A stretch of DNA of 63,515 bases, filler included, from Octopus bimaculoides (Eukaryota): the NCBI RefSeq assembly GCF_001194135.2. It is 5 parts of 5 records of this genome, joined end to end, with 100 filler letters (N's around TTAATTAATTAA, not from the genome) between each part and the next. Parts side by side here need not be neighbours in the genome. Positions count along the whole stretch, not along the records: positions 47,954 to 58,388 come from NC_069004.1; positions 58,489 to 63,515 come from NC_068981.1; 3 more parts are not named here. One strand, written 5' to 3'. The notes under the pieces are model-generated. The model saw nothing but the letters and a program-made list of their open reading frames with translations, had not been told where the DNA came from and made no database searches. Position 1 is the first letter of the stretch, and every line of letters begins with the position of its first letter. The position numbers were made by a program, and so were the translations under genes. Positions 50,985 through 63,515 of the stretch are shown here, piece by piece.

Positions 50985-51933
50985 NNNNNNNNNNNNNNNN
51001 NNNNNNNNNNNNNNNNNNNNNNNNNNNNNNNNNNNNNNNNNNNNNNNNNNNNNNNNNNNNNNNNNNNNNNNNNNNNNNNNNNNNNNNNNNNNNNNNNNNN
51101 NNNNNNNNNNNNNNNNNNNNNNNNNNNNNNNNNNNNNNNNNNNNNNNNNNNNNNNNNNNNNNNNNNNNNNNNNNNNNNNNNNNNNNNNNNNNNNNNNNNN
51201 NNNNNNNNNNNNNNNNNNNNNNNNNNNNNNNNNNNNNNNNNNNNNNNNNNNNNNNNNNNNNNNNNNNNNNNNNNNNNNNNNNNNNNNNNNNNNNNNNNNN
51301 NNNNNNNNNNNNNNNNNNNNNNNNNNNNNNNNNNNNNNNNNNNNNNNNNNNNNNNNNNNNNNNNNNNNNNNNNNNNNNNNNNNNNNNNNNNNNNNNNNNN
51401 NNNNNNNNNNNNNNNNNNNNNNNNNNNNNNNNNNNNNNNNNNNNNNNNNNNNNNNNNNNNNNNNNNNNNNNNNNNNNNNNNNNNNNNNNNNNNNNNNNNN
51501 NNNNNNNNNNNNNNNNNNNNNNNNNNNNNNNNNNNNNNNNNNNNNNNNNNNNNNNNNNNNNNNNNNNNNNNNNNNNNNNNNNNNNNNNNNNNNNNNNNNN
51601 NNNNNNNNNNNNNNNNNNNNNNNNNNNNNNNNNNNNNNNNNNNNNNNNNNNNNNNNNNNNNNNNNNNNNNNNNNNNNNNNNNNNNNNNNNNNNNNNNNNN
51701 NNNNNNNNNNNNNNNNNNNNNNNNNNNNNNNNNNNNNNNNNNNNNNNNNNNNNNNNNNNNNNNNNNNNNNNNNNNNNNNNNNNNNNNNNNNNNNNNNNNN
51801 NNNNNNNNNNNNNNNNNNNNNNNNNNNNNNNNNNNNNNNNNNNNNNNNNNNNNNNNNNNNNNNNNNNNNNNNNNNNNNNNNNNNNNNNNNNNNNNNNNNN
51901 NNNNNNNNNNNNNNNNNNNNNNNNNNNNNNNNN

Positions 51934-51984
<51 letters not shown>

Positions 51985-52543
51985 GTATACATAAGCCTAA
52001 ATATTTTGTCCTCTCATATTTAAACGAAGAATTTTCCTCCGTGCAACATACAAGATATTAATATACTGTTCTAAGTATTGATTTTGTTGTTTTTGTCTTT
52101 GCTGTTTATCCTGTAACGTTATTTCTAAATTTTAATGTAAGAAGGTTCCACGTTTATTGAGTAGAGCAAGGAAACAGGATGCTACAGCAAAGAGGTAGTT
52201 CTTTATTAACTTACCAAATATGCTCCCCTGGACAGGCAATGAACCGGAAAACCGTATCAATATGTATGAGTGTGTCCATTTTGTTTTTCTTCGCATGGAT
52301 ACGTCAGTTAATGAGGAAGGAAGTGGCTAGGACCCAAATAGGGTTTAGTCAAGGGTGAAGGGCTGTGCCCTAACTTAACGTAATTTACATTGCAACCGTT
52401 TTAGGTGTCCATATAATTAATTTAAAAGACTTAAATTCTTATATACACGAATGTATACATGCATACAGAGACATAATGCACACACACCTTCGTGAGCATA
52501 TACATGGACTAACAAGCACATACACGCACACACACACACAAAC

Positions 52544-52581
<38 letters not shown>

Positions 52582-53327
52582 ACACACAAAACACTGGTCT
52601 TGGGGTTAAACTTTCAAAAGAATAGGGTTAGGACACTTAGAATAAAGAACTTCCGTTTTACACTTTCTTTTCTTTCCATCCTTACATNNNNNNNNNNNNN
52701 NNNNNNNNNNNNNNNNNNNNNNNNNNNNNNNNNNNNNNNNNNNNNNNNNNNNNNNNNNNNNNNNNNNNNNNNNNNNNNNNNNNNNNNNNNNNNNNNNNNN
52801 NNNNNNNNNNNNNNNNNNNNNNNNNNNNNNNNNNNNNNNNNNNNNNNNNNNNNNNNNNNNNNNNNNNNNNNNNNNNNNNNNNNNNNNNNNNNNNNNNNNN
52901 NNNNNNNNNNNNNNNNNNNNNNNNNNNNNNNNNNNNNNNNNNNNNNNNNNNNNNNNNNNNNNNNNNNNNNNNNNNNNNNNNNNNNNNNNNNNNNNNNNNN
53001 NNNNNNNNNNNNNNNNNNNNNNNNNNNNNNNNNNNNNNNNNNNNNNNNNNNNNNNNNNNNNNNNNNNNNNNNNNNNNNNNNNNNNNNNNNNNNNNNNNNN
53101 NNNNNNNNNNNNNNNNNNNNNNNNNNNNNNNNNNNNNNNNNNNNNNNNNNNNNNNNNNNNNNNNNNNNNNNNNNNNNNNNNNNNNNNNNNNNNNNNNNNN
53201 NNNNNNNNNNNNNNNNNNNNNNNNNNNNNNNNNNNNNNNNNNNNNNNNNNNNNNNNNNNNNNNNNNNNNNNNNNNNNNNNNNNNNNNNNNNNNNNNNNNN
53301 NNNNNNNNNNNNNNNNNNNNNNNNNNN

Positions 53328-53396
<69 letters not shown>

Positions 53397-53510
53397 CAGG
53401 CAGATAGATAGATAGATAGAAACAGACAGGTATGTATAAAAAATATAGATATAAAAGCAATTACGTGCACACAAACTCACTCACACATCCCAAAACACAC
53501 ACACACTCAC

Positions 53511-53545
<35 letters not shown>

Positions 53546-53586
53546 AAGAGAGACAGAGAGACAGAGAGAGAAAGAGAGAGAGAGAA

Positions 53587-53617
<31 letters not shown>

Positions 53618-53688
53618 AAGATAGAGAGAGAAAGAGAGAGANNNNNNNNNNNNNNNNNNNNNNNNNNNNNNNNNNNNNNNNNNNNNNN

Positions 53689-53744
<56 letters not shown>

Positions 53745-54521
53745 GCATTCAAACACAGACAAACGCATAAAGCAGGTTTTAATTACGTTCTGTTTTCATT
53801 TCGCCGATTAAACTGTTAAAGAATTTTAGTTGATATCTTGAGCAGCTAATTATCTTTAATGACTGCAATAATGACTACGGGGTCGGGAAGCTATTATCGT
53901 GTTAACACCGAGAGTTAAAGCTAGAAATGTTATTTGGTTTGTGGATGAGACTGGGAACATCTTATCAATCAGTTAATGATGGATTCAATATACATCGTCT
54001 ATTGATCTCATTGAAAGGTAGTAGTATTACCTGGCTCCATTCAATGTTATTGAATAAAGACAGGTGACGTGTAAGGAGTGGAGGCTTGTGTTATTTAATT
54101 CTTTGTGGGGGGGGGGCGACGTGAACATGGTACTTTACTAGCGGCAATGACGGGCGTCCATAAAGATATATGTAATGTTTGAATTACTTGTTATACTTAA
54201 GTTGTTCTTGTTATTGTGATTGCTGTCTTTCTTTTTAGTCCAAACGTCATTATGTTGCTTTGTAAGAACATCTTTACTAATGTCCTCACGAAATTAGATG
54301 TAGTACTTTTGCTTGACCATCTTACAAAGGAATTCATGTATATTTCTTTTCTACTTATCGTGGTCAACGTTGGGGTAAACTGAAGAATCATATGTCGTTA
54401 CTAAAAGATTCTTTTCGAAACTATTTCGGCGCTTAGAGAAATGTTAATTTTGGAAACAAAATCTAAAGTATCCCGAAAATTGGAGCTCGATGTTTTTGCT
54501 GCGTGAAATAGAAGAAAGTTT

Positions 54522-54633
54522 TTCGGCAACTCCGAAATTTTAGCCAACTTTCCCGCATCCCCGAAATTTTAGCCAGCCTTCCGGCGTCTCCGAAATTTTA
54601 GCCAGCTTTCCAGCATCTCCAAAATTTTAGCCG
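54522..54633. repeat. 29-bp tandem repeat, 4 copies
   Basis: CCGAAATTTTAGCCA core at 54532, 54561 and 54590, with a variant at 54619. Confidence 0.9.
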
Positions 54634-55559
54634 TGCAACATTCATACCTGTTGTAAACTGGGCGCAATGGTAGAAATTTTTCAAACTATGGCTTTAAGTC
54701 CAACATAAAATTCTCGTCGAGATTTTCAAAAGTTAGCGTCATATTTTTACCACTGAAGTTAAATTTTCAAGTCTCATCGAGACAACGTTAATTTTCAACC
54801 GACGCCATTCCACATTAATCTTCAAAACCGCTTCGTATATCTATGCATTACAATTAAGTTATTTCCAAAGTCAAGATTTAAAAAAATTAAACGGATTTCT
54901 ACTGACGTAGATCATTGAAAACGTGCAAATGGCCTTCAGCGCCTTGACGTTAAAATACGGTTATAGTGAATTGCAAATAAGAAACGACAGCAAAATTTAA
55001 CAAATGTCTAACTTCTATATCTAACTATAACAATCAAAGTAGAATTTATGATAGAGTTCCTTTAGTGATTAACTGGCACTGAAATTTTCCTAGCATTTCA
55101 AAAGTGTTGCATGACAGTTGCCAATATATTACACAAAATAGCCTCGTTTTAAAGAAATATTTCCCCATCCGCATATAGTAGCCTTTTTTCGTAACAAAAT
55201 ATTATGACAATTATTAGCCAGTATCTCTAATGATAATCAAAATCCAAATAGAGGTTCTGGACTCTGTACCCCTAAAAAAAGTCGCAAGAGATGTAAGCCC
55301 GGTCTATTATGTAGCAACATGAGTCAACTCCATAACAGGTTATGAATAAGAGAAATGTTACCATTTGGTGGACGCAGCTAAATGCACCAAACACAGCTTG
55401 ATTTATGTTGGTTGCACAAACGAAATATTAAACAAAAACCTTTAATGAATACCGATATGAGACCCAAGCTCAATATCATTGCTTCGACGGAACTTGCCGC
55501 GTATTTTACATTGATTGTAAGTTTAACGAACCTCGGAAAGTATACATTTTTGGAAAAAA

Positions 55560-56010
55560 ACGAGGTGGTATCAAAAATTTTCCGGACTACTTCGGTAGCG
55601 CGCCAACAGATGGTAGCACACGATTGTGTGTGCAGTGAGAGCAAGCAGTGACCTTCATGAGGCAGTGGGCCGAGTGACATTGCTGTGTTTGCTTCGCAAG
55701 TGGTGAAATTTGTGTTTTTGTAATCAAAAAAGTCTGCAAGTTTTTGCTATAATCTGCGATTTTGTCACGGATAGGAACTAAGAGCCAACGTGAAATTTTG
55801 CGGTAAACTCTAGAAGTTTTCCACAGAAACATTGAGCATGCTTCGGCAAGCTTTCGAGGACGAAGCAATGGGCCGTACGCAATGTTTCGAGTGGCACAGG
55901 CGTTTCAGAAACGGAAGAACGTCCCTGAAAGACGATAACCTATCTGGAAGACCTTGCACGAGCGTCACACGGGGAAATGTGGTATTGTGCATCGAGAATT
56001 CGTGGCAATC
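55560..56010 (+). mobile_element. mariner transposon 5' fragment (probable TIR plus HTH region)
   Basis: ACGAGGTGGTATCAAAAATTTTCCGGACT terminus. ANVKFCGKL*..TETLSMLRQAFEDEAMGRTQCFEWHRRFRNGRTSLKDDNLSGRP. Confidence 0.85.
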
Positions 56011-56152
56011 AGCCCCTTTTGCTATCATTCCTAGGACACCTACAACAACAGGTATTGTTTTAGTCTTCAGGTTCCACATTTTGCCAATTTCTATTTCAAG
56101 ACATTTATACTTGCTCAGCTTTTGGTAGGTCTTGACAGATACGTTGATATCG
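56005..56152 (-). mobile_element. R4/Dong-like RLE fragment
   Basis: KTYQKLSKYKCLEIEIGKMWNLKTKTIPVVVGVLGMIAKGAD; begins right after (AAT)n on the minus strand. Confidence 0.85.
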
Positions 56153-56208
<56 letters not shown>

Positions 56209-56231
56209 CATCATCATCATCATCATTATCA

Positions 56232-56301
<70 letters not shown>

Positions 56302-56773
56302 CATTATTGCGATGATCATTAATTANNNNNNNNNNNNNNNNNNNNNNNNNNNNNNNNNNNNNNNNNNNNNNNNNNNNNNNNNNNNNNNNNNNNNNNNNNN
56401 NNNNNNNNNNNNNNNNNNNNNNNNNNNNNNNNNNNNNNNNNNNNNNNNNNNNNNNNNNNNNNNNNNNNNNNNNNNNNNNNNNNNNNNNNNNNNNNNNNNN
56501 NNNNNNNNNNNNNNNNNNNNNNNNNNNNNNNNNNNNNNNNNNNNNNNNNNNNNNNNNNNNNNNNNNNNNNNNNNNNNNNNNNNNNNNNNNNNNNNNNNNN
56601 NNNNNNNNNNNNNNNNNNNNNNNNNNNNNNNNNNNNNNNNNNNNNNNNNNNNNNNNNNNNNNNNNNNNNNNNNNNNNNNNNNNNNNNNNNNNNNNNNNNN
56701 NNNNNNNNNNNNNNNNNNNNNNNNNNNNNNNNNNNNNNNNNNNNNNNNNNNNNNNNNNNNNNNNNNNNNNNNN

Positions 56774-56813
<40 letters not shown>

Positions 56814-57751
56814 ATATATATTTAATACATATGTAGTAAATATGACGTAGAGAGGTAAAACGAACCAAAAAAAATGAAACACATACACACACACATACAC
56901 GCACACACACACACGCACAAAGACATACACACATATATATAATATATATATATAGATAGATAGATACACACACATATACATATATGTATATGTGTTCATA
57001 TGTGTATATATACATACATGTATATAATATTTATATTCATAAATATTTTATGTGATAACATAGTGACTGTTTTATGTTTCGGTGTCAGAAATAAAACAAC
57101 TTAGTTATATTTCCTTCCACTAAACTTTATAATGTTTACTTTATGACTACCAACCCAAACAAGCCCACCACTACCGCCAGCCACTTCACTTACTACTTAC
57201 CATTAACCTTACTACATCACCTCTAAGCACCAGACGCTAGGCCTATGCATATATACATGCTCAAATAGCCATAGGTGTATGTANNNNNNNNNNATATGTG
57301 TGTATGTGTGTGTATAACTGTGCCTATGCTTGCGTGAGCGTGTTTGTAAAATGTTTGTCTGTAAAATATCTTTATATAGAATATTTTTATTAGTTTGTCT
57401 ATGTGTATCTATAACTGAACACATATTTGAAGGGTAGGTATGTGTTGTGCGTGTGTTTATATCTACGTATATGTGTATAACAAATGCAAACTTATTGAAG
57501 CCCTTTTGGCATTTTAATACAGTTTAATTTAGTTGTAAACAAAATGTACCGAACAATATTCTATATATTTTCTGAATGAACAGCTTATTTTATTTAGTAA
57601 CCGTGTCTAATACATAACCATTTACTTAATTGTTGAACTTGAATCCGTGTTCATTCTTCACTAACCTGGCTTGATAAGGAAGAAATACCCAAAAGATTAA
57701 GTTCAGTAAAGAAGGACTCGGTTTTCTCGGTGAACAAAAGATCGGTATAAC

Positions 57752-57995
57752 CAGTGGGTCTCAGTCATTTTTTTTACTCTGAGGACACCTTTGATTCCTA
57801 ATTTACTCCCGTGGGCACTCGTAACCATTTGATGTTTAAAAAATTCTTTTGTAATTTCATAATTAAATATTATTCGGAATTGTATAAGAAATGATTGTCA
57901 GAATATCTTATGTGTTGTAGACGTACAACCACTTTATTGCACATAAATTTTAATAACAAAACCTTACATGGTCCTCAAAGTGTTGAGAACCACTG
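57752..57995. mobile_element. hAT-type MITE (244 bp)
   Basis: Imperfect TIRs CAGTGGGTCTCAG...TTGAGAACCACTG. Right flank CTCTAAAT fits the Charlie-type target; the left 8-mer does not match. Confidence 0.6.
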
Positions 57996-58213
57996 CTCTA
58001 AATTATCAACGTCTGGCGATGGTTATTGAAGAATTATTGTTTACTGAGATCCTTGTGTGGGGCAGCATGGTTTGGCTGGAGAACTGCTTGAAAATATCAT
58101 TCTTTCAAATATTTGGTACTAAAACCTTTTTAAGGAATTCCGAGAAGGTACCCTTTGTTAGAGCGATTTAAAAGAAATAAAATAAAATACAAAATAAAAT
58201 GAAATACAAAATA

Positions 58214-58380
58214 GGTCCACGTGTGGCTGTGTAGTAAGTAGCTTGCTTACCAACCACATGGTTCCGGGTTCAGTCCCAGTGCATGGCAACCTGGGCAAGT
58301 GTCTTTTAGTGTAGATTCAGGCAGACCAAGCCTTGTGAGTGGATTTGGCAGACGGAAACTGAAAGAAACCCGATGTATAT
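58214..58380 (+). mobile_element. tRNA-derived SINE (further family)
   Basis: TGGCTGTGTAGTAAG..GGTTCAGTCCCAGTGC..TGGGCAAGTGTCTT..GGAAACTGAAAGAAACCCG. Confidence 0.7.
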
Positions 58381-58488
58381 ATATATATNNNNNNNNNNNN
58401 NNNNNNNNNNNNNNNNNNNNNNNNNNNNNNNNTTAATTAATTAANNNNNNNNNNNNNNNNNNNNNNNNNNNNNNNNNNNNNNNNNNNN

Positions 58489-58526
<38 letters not shown>

Positions 58527-59244
58527 ACACATACATGTGTGTGTGAATTCTCTATCCATCTATCTACTTTGTTGGCTTTCTTCCTTTTTCCTTTCCCACC
58601 TCTGTAATATATGTATCACGTGACTTCGTGACTGTTACCAAAAAAGAGAGATAGCAAAAAAGTATGTTAATAACATCGTTTACCATTAAATTGGGTATGA
58701 GGAAATGAATGTAGTATTAAAGTTGATAGTGGATGGTATATATGTGGTAGCGTTAGTGGTAGTAATGTTCTTTTTGTGTAACCTTCGAAATGTGATGCAA
58801 CGATCACGAGTCCTAAAGATGCCAATTATGGCTCCATTCTCACGTTTTCGGGTAACATATGAATTCATAAGCTTATATTTGTTCGTAGATTGTTTCTCGC
58901 TTAGTCCAGAGTTCCAAGGAAGATTTTAGAAACTTTTGAAGTGTTTAGTTGGTTTATTAGATTCTGCTGTTTTGTTTTGTGAGACACTAAGAGAACCTTT
59001 ACGTGGCTACTCTATCTGCAGAAATTTCAGTCAAATCACCTTCAAATAATCTTTTATCTTTCATAGTCTCTTTTTAACAGCTTAAATCTCAGTAAAAATA
59101 TATGGCACTAAAATACTTTCTGGATTAACCTTAGACTTCTTCGAACGTCTGTTGATACCGCTGTTACTGAAGAATATTCTGGGTTTTCTTGACAATGGAG
59201 CCGATTTCCATTATATTCGAGTCAATTATCTCAAATATGGGTTT

Positions 59245-59450
59245 CAAATTTTGGTACAAGGCCAGCGACTTCAAGGAAGGAGGCTTGTCGATTACACTGA
59301 CCCCAGTGTTTAACTGGCACTTATTTTATCGAGCCCGAAAGGATGAAAGGCAAAGTCAACTGCGGCGGTATTTAAACTCAGAACATAAAGACGGAAGAAA
59401 CGTTGGTAAGCATTTTGCCCGGTGTGCTTAACGATTCTGTCGTAATTATT
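59245..59450 (-). mobile_element. SINE family B
   Basis: Reverse complement of CAGAATCGTTAAGCAC..TTTGCCTTTCATCCTTTCGGGCTCGATAAAATAAG. Confidence 0.75.
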
Positions 59451-59859
59451 TCAAATATTGGTATTTATACTAATATTGCAAATACATTATGGGATATTAA
59501 TTGTCTTTGTGTCAGAGAGAAGTTTCAGCAGCCATATTTCAAAATCTGGTCTCTCTGACATTTCCATCTTTGTTCACAGCTCCTCTGTACGAAATATTTT
59601 CATCACTATCAATGCATTGCGTTGAATGTGGGGTTAATAGACAGAGACCATTGACGGAATATTTTTGGTTTGGTAAGCAATTTCCCCTCAGTTCGATGTC
59701 AATTATAAATGTTTTGGCCCAGTTCCAGCCTTATATCAGCCGTCATTGTTGTCACAGAATTTGGCTGCTTTTTTAATATTTTAGATTTTTGCGTTGAAGG
59801 TCATTAGATCATTAAGAATGAGATAATTTATTGCGTTATTGTTTCTTATTGTTTCTTAA

Positions 59860-60000
59860 CCAGTGCATATAACTCCTCTACTTATTCTTCAAAGACTAAT
59901 ACTTATTCTATCGGTCTCTTTTGCTGAACCAGTAAGTTATGGAGATGTAAAAACACCAACATTGGTTGCCAAACGGTGGTGGGACCATCACAGACACACA
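59860..60000 (+). mobile_element. SINE family C 3' half
   Basis: TACTTATTCTATCGGTCTCTTTTGCTGAACC..AAGTTATGGAGATGTAAAAACACC, similar to 41985-42075. Confidence 0.7.
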
Positions 60001-60103
60001 CACACACACACACACATAGATACACATATATTCATATATACATATATACAACGGGCTTCTTTCAGTTTCACACACGCACACACACATAGATACACACATA
60101 TAC

Positions 60104-60154
<51 letters not shown>

Positions 60155-62561
60155 NNNNNNNNNNNNNNNNNNNNNNNNNNNNNNNNNNNNNNNNNNNNNN
60201 NNNNNNNNNNNNNNNNNNNNNNNNNNNNNNNNNNNNNNNNNNNNNNNNNNNNNNNNNNNNNNNNNNNNNNNNNNNNNNNNNNNNNNNNNNNNNNNNNNNN
60301 NNNNCAAGGTGTAGTCACAGTCTGTGTTTTAAACAGTGGTAGATCGTAGATAAAATTAGTGTGGGGTGCTGCTTCAGAAAATGTTTAGCCGTTGTTTTAA
60401 TATTGTGTAAAAGAAAACAAACATATAAAAGGAATATTCATACATAAACTTGGTCGGTTCGCGTTTTAGTCACTGCCGAGTAGTGTGTTTAATTTGTTCG
60501 CTGGACACCGCCGCGAATTGCCCCTTATTTTTCAAAAATCCCACCTAAATCACAAAATAAGAGAGGAAAATCTGCCACTGAAGCTGGAAGCAGGATAATA
60601 ATCTAATTCTACACTTTATCACATTCAAGAATATAAACACGTTTTTAGGCACAACACGCGGAGTCAAAAAGGAACACTACCTTTCACCCAGCACTGCGTG
60701 AACGACAGTGCTCTCTCTCCCTAGCGTACAGCTTCCTATCTCGGACAGGTGAGCATGAGCACAACAACCAAACAACGCGTCACTGGAACTGTGAAGCGCA
60801 CAGTTCTATACAAGGATTTTTGTATTTTTTCATAAACTAGGAGATGGCTACTGACATTAAGCTTAAGGATCATATAATGTACAAGTATAAAGAAAAAATT
60901 AAAGAAGAAAGAACTCATTATATTGAATGTTATCGATAATATTGAGTGGAAATAGGGAGTACTGCAGTTCCGCAGTGCTTATATATGAGCTGCCACTGGT
61001 TTTAAATAATAAAAAAAACAACGTAAGCTAATTTTGTATGAGCGATTGTTCGGTGTATCTGCCTCTCCACTCCGTTCCCTTCTTTCCACTTGCTTATCCA
61101 TCAATTATTACGTTGCTGTACCATAGTCTTAGAGTTAATCTGTTGCAACAGCTTGTGTAAAGCTTATGCTCAATGATTAAAACAAACATAATGTTAAACA
61201 AGTCAACCGTGGAGCCTCCACATGGCCATTCAATGTGCTAGAAACAGAAACCAAATCTTCCTCAAACCAAACCCTATCGTCTTTAAAATTCCACATTGAA
61301 CAGTGTAGTTCAGGTTAGAATTTGCCTGAAAAAAATATTGGGTGGTCTTGATTGAAACGCCTTCGATTATCACTCTGTTTTATCAGAACCGTCTTGGGAC
61401 AATACAACAATCAATAGGCACATTGATTGGTCACGTTGCGGCTCCACCGTCGTCTTGTTTAAACATCATAAGCTTCGCCCAAACTGTTTCAAGCCATTAA
61501 TACAAAACTAATGAGAATACAGCAACGTGGTAATTGATGGACAAGCAGACGGACAGAAGGAATTTGTTGAGATACGCTGAACAATTGCTAATAAATAAAC
61601 TTAATTATTTATTTTATTTTTTAATTAAAACAACGGTTGCCAGTTTGTTGTTTTTAGTGTTTACTTGTGCTATGATTAATTAGCTTGGTATGTTAATCTT
61701 GCTTTCTGTGGTTCAATTAAACATATCCAATTGTCTTCTATAGAACATCAACATGGTAAATGTATCCATGTAATATCTGCCTATTACATGGATATATATT
61801 ACTAAATGTCTTCATGATTGGTATGTATGTATGTATGTGTATATATATATATANNNNNNNNNNNNNNNNNNNNNNNNNNNNNNNNNNNNNNNNNNNNNNN
61901 NNNNNNNNNNNNNNNNNNNNNNNNNNNNNNNNNNNNNNNNNNNNNNNNNNNNNNNNNNNNNNNNNNNNNNNNNNNNNNNNNNNNNNNNNNNNNNNNNNNN
62001 NNNNNNNNNNNNNNNNNNNNNNNNNNNNNNNNNNNNNNNNNNNNNNNNNNNNNNNNNNNNNNNNNNNNNNNNNNNNNNNNNNNNNNNNNNNNNNNNNNNN
62101 NNNNNNNNNNNNNNNNNNNNNNNNNNNNNNNNNNNNNNNNNNNNNNNNNNNNNNNNNNNNNNNNNNNNNNNNNNNNNNNNNNNNNNNNNNNNNNNNNNNN
62201 NNNNNNNNNNNNNNNNNNNNNNNNNNNNNNNNNNNNNNNNNNNNNNNNNNNNNNNNNNNNNNNNNNNNNNNNNNNNNNNNNNNNATATATATATATATAC
62301 AACATACGTGTGCATACGTGCATATATATGTATGTATACGTTCGTATATGTAAATATATCGTATGATACACACCATAGAAAGATAGAATGGGGTAAACAG
62401 AAAAGGAGATACGTGGGATGGAGAGTCGCTGGAATGGTCGCAAGCGTGTGACGAAAGCTTTCTAGAGAATGGACATAAAATAAGAACAATAATAAACAAG
62501 TGATGAACGAATATGTGGTGCATGTGTTTATTTGGCAAAAAACAGCCACTTAAATACAACA

Positions 62562-62609
<48 letters not shown>

Positions 62610-63461
62610 GCGCGTGCGTATGTATACATATATATTTCCGTTACTGGCCTTACTGTTTCGTTTTATGTGTTTTCCCATAGACCTCATAGCTCGTCCTTTT
62701 TGCTGTTCGGTCTAGAGAGCTGTTTTTTTTTTCTTGTTTTTTTTTTACCTTATTCTGTCCTTCATTTTACCTCAATTATGCCCCAGTAGCTTTTTATTTT
62801 TAACGCCACTAAATTGAACAATATTATTCATAAAGTTTCGAAATTGTGACACGTTGCCGTTGATGTTAAAACACATCTATACATTTCGATGTTCAGTCAA
62901 GATGAATTACAATCAAACTCTTTCTTTTTAATTCCAAATCCTAGACCCAGTTCATCCTTCTGAGAATGGGACACTTTTCAACAGAGATGTAGAAAAGCAC
63001 CCCATTCTTCTGATTACAGCTTGTGAATCAAAAGCAAGTCTGCGAGTCATGCTGATTCGTTCTCATAATGACTCGATTCTTGTTACACAGCTCTTTATTC
63101 GATGACAAAAACAGTTTGTGTTTTAGAATTATAAATCTGCATTCAAATGTTTCAAGTGTGGTATCAGCGTATATTATAATTACAAAAAAATCTTCATGAA
63201 ATGCAGTTAGTGTTCGGTGAATTTATTATTGATCTTATATGAGTAAGGTCGGCATAATTGTAGAGGAAAAGTTTCAAACACACGTTTTTAACAATCCCTA
63301 ACGCCCTCCATGTCTGTAGTTTATGGCGCCATGTAAATATGTCTGTATGCATATATGCATGTATGTATGCCTATATGAATGCATGTCTAAGCATACATGT
63401 ATGTGTATATGTATGTAAGCATGTATGTATATATGTATGTGTATGTATGTACGCATGCATG

Positions 63462-63515
<54 letters not shown>

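Noticed and set aside
22272-62562. Long ORFs containing X runs
   Set aside because: Artefacts of translating N gaps. Only the flanks of 33817-35262 and 36192-36806 carry real (TE) coding signal.
47910-63515. Further 5' exons (ankyrin, MIB/HERC2) of the MIB2-like gene
   Set aside because: None was recognisable by eye. A scaffold join at 47898 and large gaps intervene; donor-like sites at about 50718 and 52213 lack convincing frames.

Overview
AT-rich, gap-riddled eukaryotic DNA dominated by microsatellites and decayed retrotransposons. The SINE/LINE content suggests a coleoid cephalopod such as Octopus (inference, not verified). Two host genes are supportable, both on the minus strand. (1) The 3' half of a Mind-bomb-2-like gene: spliceable exons at 47147-47183, 46032-46244, 44866-45041, 43984-44123, possibly 43470-43520, and 41643-41848 encode ankyrin repeats, one C3HC4 RING and an unexpected C-terminal Death-like domain, followed by AATAAA at 41431-41436. 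(2) About 3 kb downstream, the first coding exon (38221-38390) of an unidentified secreted protein, with a TATA box and a duplicated upstream module. The rest comprises R4/Dong-like RLE LINE fragments repeatedly abutting (AAT)n arrays, RTE, HERO-like and Tx1/L1-like LINE pieces, Tc1 and mariner relics, a hAT-type MITE, several SINE families, a 59-bp-stem hairpin, an interstitial (TTAGGG)n tract inside a LINE, and 30-, 29- and 103-bp tandem repeats. Four 100-bp gaps carry an artificial TTAATTAATTAA linker (19854, 38008, 47898, 58433), so linkage across them is uncertain; both genes run out at such joins. Exon coordinates were checked by hand; repeat boundaries are approximate.
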